Shown here in pieces: positions 59,375 to 64,000 of a stretch of DNA of 64,000 nucleotides. Numbering within the stretch: the stretch's first letter is position 1; every line of letters starts with the position of its first letter. The notes below the pieces were generated by a model. The model searched no databases, was not told the origin of the DNA, and saw only the letters and a program-made list of their open reading frames with translations. The stretch comes from a virus, in IMG/VR virus record IMGVR_UViG_3300025435_000010, positions 67,145-131,144 of that record; one strand, given 5' to 3'. The translations under genes were made by a program, and so were the position numbers.

Positions 59375-59569
59375 TTAGGAAGCTTGATCCAAGGTCTGTA
59401 CAAGATTCTTAAGCTTACTACTAAGACCCCGCACGGTAGAAACACTAACATCCGCGAACACATTTGAATCCAAACAAGTATCGATAATAAAATCTAAAGT
59501 TTTAATATCTGATACTGTGAGTTCCGTCGACGCTTCAATTACATTTATATTTTCTGTTGTATTACTCAT
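59375..59569 (-). CDS. Small hypothetical protein
   Basis: 64-aa ORF filling the gap. Confidence 0.5.
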   Translation of the reverse strand: MSNTTENINVIEASTELTVSDIKTLDFIIDTCLDSNVFADVSVSTVRGLSSKLKNLVQTLDQAS

Positions 59570-59611
59570 ACTCGCATAATATATTATATGTGGTATAACT
59601 AATAATCTACA

Positions 59612-60085
59612 ATGATTGTATTTAAATTAAAACTTACACCAAATTCTATCCCCTGGTTTGAGGATAATAGGATTGATTTATATGCCATGGAAGCAGCTCT
59701 TAGTCTTCTTATTGCTGAGCTAGAACCCTCCACGCATACAAAGTGTAAGATATTAACACTGCAGATAATGTACGGAGCGGACGAAAGTTATTATACATTT
59801 ACCACTGATAAGATTCGTATATGCGATGAACCAGACAGTAAAGCGAAGTCTCGTAAGCAAAAGCAAAATGCTTTCTTTGATCATTTTCTCCATGAATTTA
59901 GACATTGGATGCAAAGTAGAGTATATAAAATTAATGGCAACAAACTAACCTACGACCATGAAGACGTTAAGCACAATAAACATGCTTACTATAGGAACGA
60001 ATATGAAGTAGACGCACGTCAATTTTCACGAACTTACCTTCCTAAATTTAACAAATACTATAGATACTTTAGTAAGATACTTTAA
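59612..60085 (+). CDS. HExxH zinc metallopeptidase-like protein
   Basis: LHEFRHWMQ plus downstream YEVDAR third ligand. Confidence 0.7.
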   Translation: MIVFKLKLTPNSIPWFEDNRIDLYAMEAALSLLIAELEPSTHTKCKILTLQIMYGADESYYTFTTDKIRICDEPDSKAKSRKQKQNAFFDHFLHEFRHWMQSRVYKINGNKLTYDHEDVKHNKHAYYRNEYEVDARQFSRTYLPKFNKYYRYFSKIL

Positions 60086-60282
60086 CTGAGTGAATCTATG
60101 AAAGCATTCCAGACTATTTCCATATACTTTACTTTTATTCTAGTCTCGTCACAGTGCTGACATTTAGCAACCCGAGCTTCTTCAATCTCTGTTAAATATT
60201 GCTCCCTTAATTGCTGACAATTAGGTATTTTATTAGGACATGGTTGTTCTAGAGCAAAGAACTCTGTTATTAGATTACTCAT
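60082..60282 (-). CDS. Small Cys-containing hypothetical protein
   Basis: 66 aa, CP...C...CQHC; ATGA overlap with the endolysin. Confidence 0.55.
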   Translation of the reverse strand: MSNLITEFFALEQPCPNKIPNCQQLREQYLTEIEEARVAKCQHCDETRIKVKYMEIVWNAFIDSLS

Positions 60283-60890
60283 GCACAGGTTTCAACTAAA
60301 TTTGCTTCAGCATCACGTCTCTCGAGTAAGCCATCGAGCCCTTTACCAGCCCAGATGCGCTTCATTTTTCTGAGCTCTATTGCTATGCCTTTATAATCCT
60401 TTTTAGGAACTAAATCGCGTATATTTCTCATTTCAAGTCGACTATCTCCTGACATAGACGAGCCTCTATTAAAAACAAGCGATACAATTGCACCATATGC
60501 GTTGTCACACAATTGATCGAGCCCTGGAAATGCCTTTTCTGCTAATTTTGCAAATTTCGGCCAAGTTAATTGATCAAATATATCGATAGCCTGATTCCAG
60601 GTAACAACAATACCATCATTCTTATGTTTAGCTGTGTACTCCTTACCAGCTTGTCCTGTTTTTCCAGAAGCTCCCTTAACAATCTCTAATTGATTACTTG
60701 GAAGAAAGATAAACAGCTTCTCAAGCTCTGCGGGTGAATAATATCCACAGTCAACACCTATTCCAAGGGTCATACCACTAGCTCCACCAGGCCAGGTAGG
60801 TTTTGAGAGATATTTATCATAATAACTCTTACCACCGCCGACCTCGTATTCTAATATCAACGCCAGGGCTTTAGGGGAGGGTGATTTCAT
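60279..60890 (-). CDS. Endolysin, lysozyme-like (GH24/pesticin-type muramidase)
   Basis: EVGGG, WPGGASG.T.GIG.D.GY, AIVSLVFNRG, GL..RR.AEA.L. Confidence 0.8.
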   Translation of the reverse strand: MKSPSPKALALILEYEVGGGKSYYDKYLSKPTWPGGASGMTLGIGVDCGYYSPAELEKLFIFLPSNQLEIVKGASGKTGQAGKEYTAKHKNDGIVVTWNQAIDIFDQLTWPKFAKLAEKAFPGLDQLCDNAYGAIVSLVFNRGSSMSGDSRLEMRNIRDLVPKKDYKGIAIELRKMKRIWAGKGLDGLLERRDAEANLVETCA

Positions 60891-61243
60891 ACGTTGACTC
60901 CTGTAATATTATAGTCATCTTCCTTGGCATTGTTAGTTAAAATCTCTTGCTTAATGGTTACTTCTTTTTTTTCTGTTATATGTTGATTATCTTCAGTATT
61001 TTGATTATTAGTGGATGAATCAGCTCTAAAGAGCTTCATTGTTTCTGTTCCTGAATACCCTAAAATAAATGAACCGGCACAAAACGTGAGAAAAGTTAAG
61101 TACGGTGTTGGATCTTTAAGCACATTGAGCGCATCAACGATTAAAATAAGAAGACCAAAGGCAAGAAATACAACAAGCCACTTTTGTCGATTACCTTCTA
61201 AGAATCTTTCTTTAGTAAATAGCTTTCTTCTTGGTTGAGACAT
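60887..61243 (-). CDS. Holin-like two-TM membrane protein
   Basis: Two hydrophobic helices and a hydrophilic C-tail; ATGA overlap with the endolysin; TAAATA upstream. Confidence 0.55.
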   Translation of the reverse strand: MSQPRRKLFTKERFLEGNRQKWLVVFLAFGLLILIVDALNVLKDPTPYLTFLTFCAGSFILGYSGTETMKLFRADSSTNNQNTEDNQHITEKKEVTIKQEILTNNAKEDDYNITGVNV

Positions 61244-61263
61244 CCTAAAATTATTTATCTTTA

Positions 61264-61392
61264 CTAATGAAAGAATAAACAGGGATTACCTAGATGATAT
61301 AGAATGCTTTGGGCGATCGTAAACCCAAGGGCAAGCGCGTATATGCATGCAAGAATAAAGGGATAGGGAGAGTGTGAGGGATAATATTCCAT
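61264..61392 (-). CDS. Possible 42-aa single-TM peptide (below the ORF-track cutoff)
   Basis: Hand translation MEYYPSHSPYPFILACIYALALGFTIAQSILYHLGNPCLFFH; fills the intergenic gap. Confidence 0.35.
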   Translation of the reverse strand: MEYYPSHSPYPFILACIYALALGFTIAQSILYHLGNPCLFFH

Positions 61393-61397
61393 AATTG

Positions 61398-61423
61398 AAA
61401 AAAAGAACCTTAGACTAAGGTTC
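61398..61423 (-). terminator. Rho-independent terminator
   Basis: Minus strand GAACCTTA-GTC-TAAGGTTC followed by T7; overlaps the stop of 61410..61604. Confidence 0.7.
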
Positions 61424-61604
61424 CAAGGATAAAGCCGACAACGAAGAAGATAATAGCACAGGTTTTCTTCGGATTAGCAATGATCCAGTTTTCAAGATTA
61501 GCAAGAACAACAGGCGCTGTCTTAGCTACATATTTTTTAGCAGCAACTGCGTCATTAACAACAGCTGATTCCACGGATGTTAATGTATGTATAAACGTAT
61601 CCAT
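61410..61604 (-). CDS. Small tail-anchored membrane protein
   Basis: WIIANPKK followed by a C-terminal TM helix (ElaB/YqjD-like layout); TAAATA 5 nt upstream. Confidence 0.55.
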   Translation of the reverse strand: MDTFIHTLTSVESAVVNDAVAAKKYVAKTAPVVLANLENWIIANPKKTCAIIFFVVGFILGTLV

Positions 61605-61637
61605 ACATATATTTAATCTAAAAGATAGGTTTTCCTA

Positions 61638-62219
61638 CTAAAAAAAGAATAACCTGTTCATTCGTAAGTAGATATACCCACCAATGAGTCCGAGTAAGCT
61701 AATAATAACAATATTTCTCCAGAGAATAGCGAGATCTTTCTTATAGACTTCAGTCTGAAGATGGTTGAGATCCTTAATCATCTTATTATTGTATTCTGCC
61801 TGCTTTGCTAGTTCCTTATCTGTGTTTTCTTTAGCATTAGTAAGATTAGCATTATCTTTCTTTAATTGCTCAGCAATTGCTTTAACCTTTAATAGATCTT
61901 GATACTCAATAGAATCTACAACAACTACCTTATCTCCCTTATATTGACTAGGAACAATAACTACCCTTGTCTTTTCACCAGCTTTTGTGTCTTTTACAAC
62001 CTCACCGGCCTGAAAAACAGGTTGAATATTAATTCTCTTTTTCGGCGGTTTGACAAGTCTTGTTGTTTGATCAGAATAATAGTAAGCTAAATCAACTCTC
62101 GCCTTATTAAGTGAATCGTTAGCTGCATATACGTTTTGACTGAGAGCTTCAGACTGTTTTTCGGTATAATAAGTGCAACCGACAATAAGCAATACAGATA
62201 GTAATAGTATCTTCTTCAT
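61638..62219 (-). CDS. Lipoprotein with coiled coil and C-terminal TM helix (candidate unimolecular spanin)
   Basis: MKKILLLSVLLIVG-C lipobox; C-terminal IVIISLLGLIGGYIYL; next to the lysis genes. Confidence 0.6.
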   Translation of the reverse strand: MKKILLLSVLLIVGCTYYTEKQSEALSQNVYAANDSLNKARVDLAYYYSDQTTRLVKPPKKRINIQPVFQAGEVVKDTKAGEKTRVVIVPSQYKGDKVVVVDSIEYQDLLKVKAIAEQLKKDNANLTNAKENTDKELAKQAEYNNKMIKDLNHLQTEVYKKDLAILWRNIVIISLLGLIGGYIYLRMNRLFFF

Positions 62220-62249
62220 ACTATTAATTATGACCTATGAGCAAATAAT

Positions 62250-62741
62250 CTAGTCTATATTGTTTGTAATACTGGTGTCGTTATTAGTAAAATTGGGATC
62301 AATAGATCCTACTTCATTCAATAAAACTGACTCTTTTGAGGCCATTGTATGTAGTATATCCGACGATGCTGTTGTATATTCGGAATTTAAAGCTGTAGGT
62401 AGAACAGCCTCGTCGCTTGAATATCCATACACACTCTCTAACCCCACATCCTCATTAAACACTGTTCCAGGGTTCTCAAGACTTTCCTTAAGGATATTGT
62501 TAATGACATCATTAGCAGAAATATCTTGCTCAACTGATTCTTTAATAATCATTTCAAGTACTTCTCTTGGCCATTCTTCCATATCAAGTTCAAGCTTAAC
62601 ATAAGGTCGAAGTTCGATGGAGCCATCATCATGTTGTTTAACTTCAAGCTTTTGACCAGCTTCCCAGCCAAGTTCTTGAATCTCCTCATCCGTAAATTGA
62701 AGATAAAGGTCGTTAGTAGGTAGTAGTGTCTTTTTTGTCAT
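62250..62741 (-). CDS. AbrB/MazE-like DNA-binding domain protein
   Basis: DLYLQFTDEEIQELGWEAGQKLEV...DGSIEL, then an RHH-like segment and acidic tail. Confidence 0.55.
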   Translation of the reverse strand: MTKKTLLPTNDLYLQFTDEEIQELGWEAGQKLEVKQHDDGSIELRPYVKLELDMEEWPREVLEMIIKESVEQDISANDVINNILKESLENPGTVFNEDVGLESVYGYSSDEAVLPTALNSEYTTASSDILHTMASKESVLLNEVGSIDPNFTNNDTSITNNID

Positions 62742-63295
62742 AGTATTGTTGAGTTATGTATTCGATTATAGATTATATCTACAGCTCGTTCAACTGTCAT
62801 TTTACCATAAGCTGTAGATCTTGGATGGATTCTTATATCAGGCCATTCTGGTACTTCATAAGGAGAATCAATTCCAGACATATCCTTAATAAGGCCTGCT
62901 CTAAACTTCTTATACAATCCTTTTGGATCTCTTTCTTCACATATCTCAAGAGGTGTATCCATAAAAACTTCAATGAATCTAGCGTTACAGTACTTTGTTA
63001 AAATATCTTGTGCTAATGCTCTCATTTGTTTAAGAGGAGAAATACTTGCTACAATAACAACTTCAGCTCTTTGAAATTCAATCATATTTCTTACAGCATA
63101 GATCATTGTGTTAACAGCTTTCCATCTACCTTCAATATCAAATCCAATAGGAGTTTTTGAATTGTATCTTAAAGTATCAGCATCAGCTACAGCAGATCTA
63201 CAACCTTCAGCTTTAAGCTTTTCATTTAAAGCATTAGCAGTAGTAGTTTTACCAGCACCTGACAAACCTGTAATCCAAACAACAGTAGTTTTCAT
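62738..63295 (-). CDS. cysC: Adenylyl-sulfate (APS) kinase
   Basis: WITGLSGAGKTT, ISP, FIEVFMDTPLEICEERDPKGLYKK, GIDSPYE.P. Confidence 0.9.
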   Translation of the reverse strand: MKTTVVWITGLSGAGKTTTANALNEKLKAEGCRSAVADADTLRYNSKTPIGFDIEGRWKAVNTMIYAVRNMIEFQRAEVVIVASISPLKQMRALAQDILTKYCNARFIEVFMDTPLEICEERDPKGLYKKFRAGLIKDMSGIDSPYEVPEWPDIRIHPRSTAYGKMTVERAVDIIYNRIHNSTIL

Positions 63296-63522
63296 TAGTC
63301 AAGTGTTATGTTATGTTCTTCCATGAGTTTGTGAAGTTCTTCGCGAAGGGCATAATAAGGAGTGAGTTGATCCTCTTTCATATCATCAGAAGGATATTTT
63401 GTTATGTTTCTAAGAAACTGATCCAAGTCCCAAAGAACAGAGCGATACTTACTAGCATTAACAGCTTGTTCAAATTCATACTGATCTTCGTTAAGATCAA
63501 ATTCTAAGATTGCTTTAGGCAT
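63295..63522 (-). CDS. Small hypothetical phage protein
   Basis: MPKAILEFDLNEDQYEF...; start moved to ATG 63522. Confidence 0.6.
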   Translation of the reverse strand: MPKAILEFDLNEDQYEFEQAVNASKYRSVLWDLDQFLRNITKYPSDDMKEDQLTPYYALREELHKLMEEHNITLD

Positions 63523-63523
63523 A

Positions 63524-63994
63524 TTATTCTTTAGTTTCGTTATTGTAAGGCCACCTTCCGTGCTCCAGGAAATACTTGTAGTTTGGATCACTAGTATGTT
63601 TGATGATTATAAGCTCTTCTACTTTCTTTTCAAGCTTTACTACTCTTAAAGCTAAATCAGATGCTGTCTGTTCCCAAGACTTTTCTGTATTCTCTTCCCT
63701 TGCATGTTTACACATATTACATGGACAGATCCACTCTTTATCTTTCTGAAGCTCATTAGGAAGTGACACAGGCAGAGATTCTGCACATTCTGTAACTCTC
63801 TTCAGAAGCTCTTTAGCATTAAACTCCACTTCCTCTGCCTTCCAATCAATAGGCTCTTCAACCCAAGGCTTAAAAGTCTTTTTTTCTTCAATACCATATA
63901 CCTCCCTCAACTTTGCTTGAACAGCATCATCTACAGCAACCTTTGTTGTACTCCACTTTTCAGGCTCATAACCACCCCAATGAATAGGGTACAT
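63524..63994 (-). CDS. Hypothetical protein (may start beyond the window)
   Basis: 156-aa ORF at the window edge with CPC..C motif. Confidence 0.5.
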   Translation of the reverse strand: MYPIHWGGYEPEKWSTTKVAVDDAVQAKLREVYGIEEKKTFKPWVEEPIDWKAEEVEFNAKELLKRVTECAESLPVSLPNELQKDKEWICPCNMCKHAREENTEKSWEQTASDLALRVVKLEKKVEELIIIKHTSDPNYKYFLEHGRWPYNNETKE

Positions 63995-64000
63995 AGGATG

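Noticed and set aside
62250-62741. AbrB/MazE-like protein as the antitoxin of a toxin-antitoxin pair
   Set aside because: Its neighbours are CysC and a lipoprotein; no toxin-like ORF is adjacent.
1-64000. Stop-codon reassignment, inteins or introns in core genes
   Set aside because: Polymerase, terminase, helicases and sheath are uninterrupted and of ordinary length under the standard code, and TAA, TAG and TGA all end genes.

Overview
This AT-rich window (roughly one-third GC by eye) is a fragment of a large T4-like (myovirus-type) phage genome. It holds a replication/recombination module (UvsY, UvsW, gp55-like late sigma, gp47/gp46, family-B polymerase, UvsX, gp41, gp32, gp45, gp61, gp44, dUTPase), a packaging/tail/baseplate module (gp14, gp17, gp3, gp18, gp19, gp26-like, tape-measure-like, gp53, gp25, gp6) and a lysis cassette near the right end. 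Four things stand out. (1) A QueC, a stand-alone class II glutamine amidotransferase and two glycosyltransferases lie inside the replication genes, a candidate base-modification pathway with no FolE/QueD/QueE/DpdA in view. (2) Many genes have their own promoter, either sigma70-like TTGANN-N16/17-TANNNT or late-type TAANTA, only about 5-11 nt before the start codon, and most lack a Shine-Dalgarno, implying leaderless or near-leaderless expression. (3) A set of late, mostly minus-strand proteins, including two nucleotidyltransferase-like enzymes, share an N-terminal F..(F/L)..(I/L)xE leader like T4 capsid-targeting/protease sites. (4) A baseplate-region protein ends in a GH75 chitosanase-like domain. 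All calls come from motif recognition by eye; no database searches were run. I saw no tRNA, rRNA or CRISPR array.
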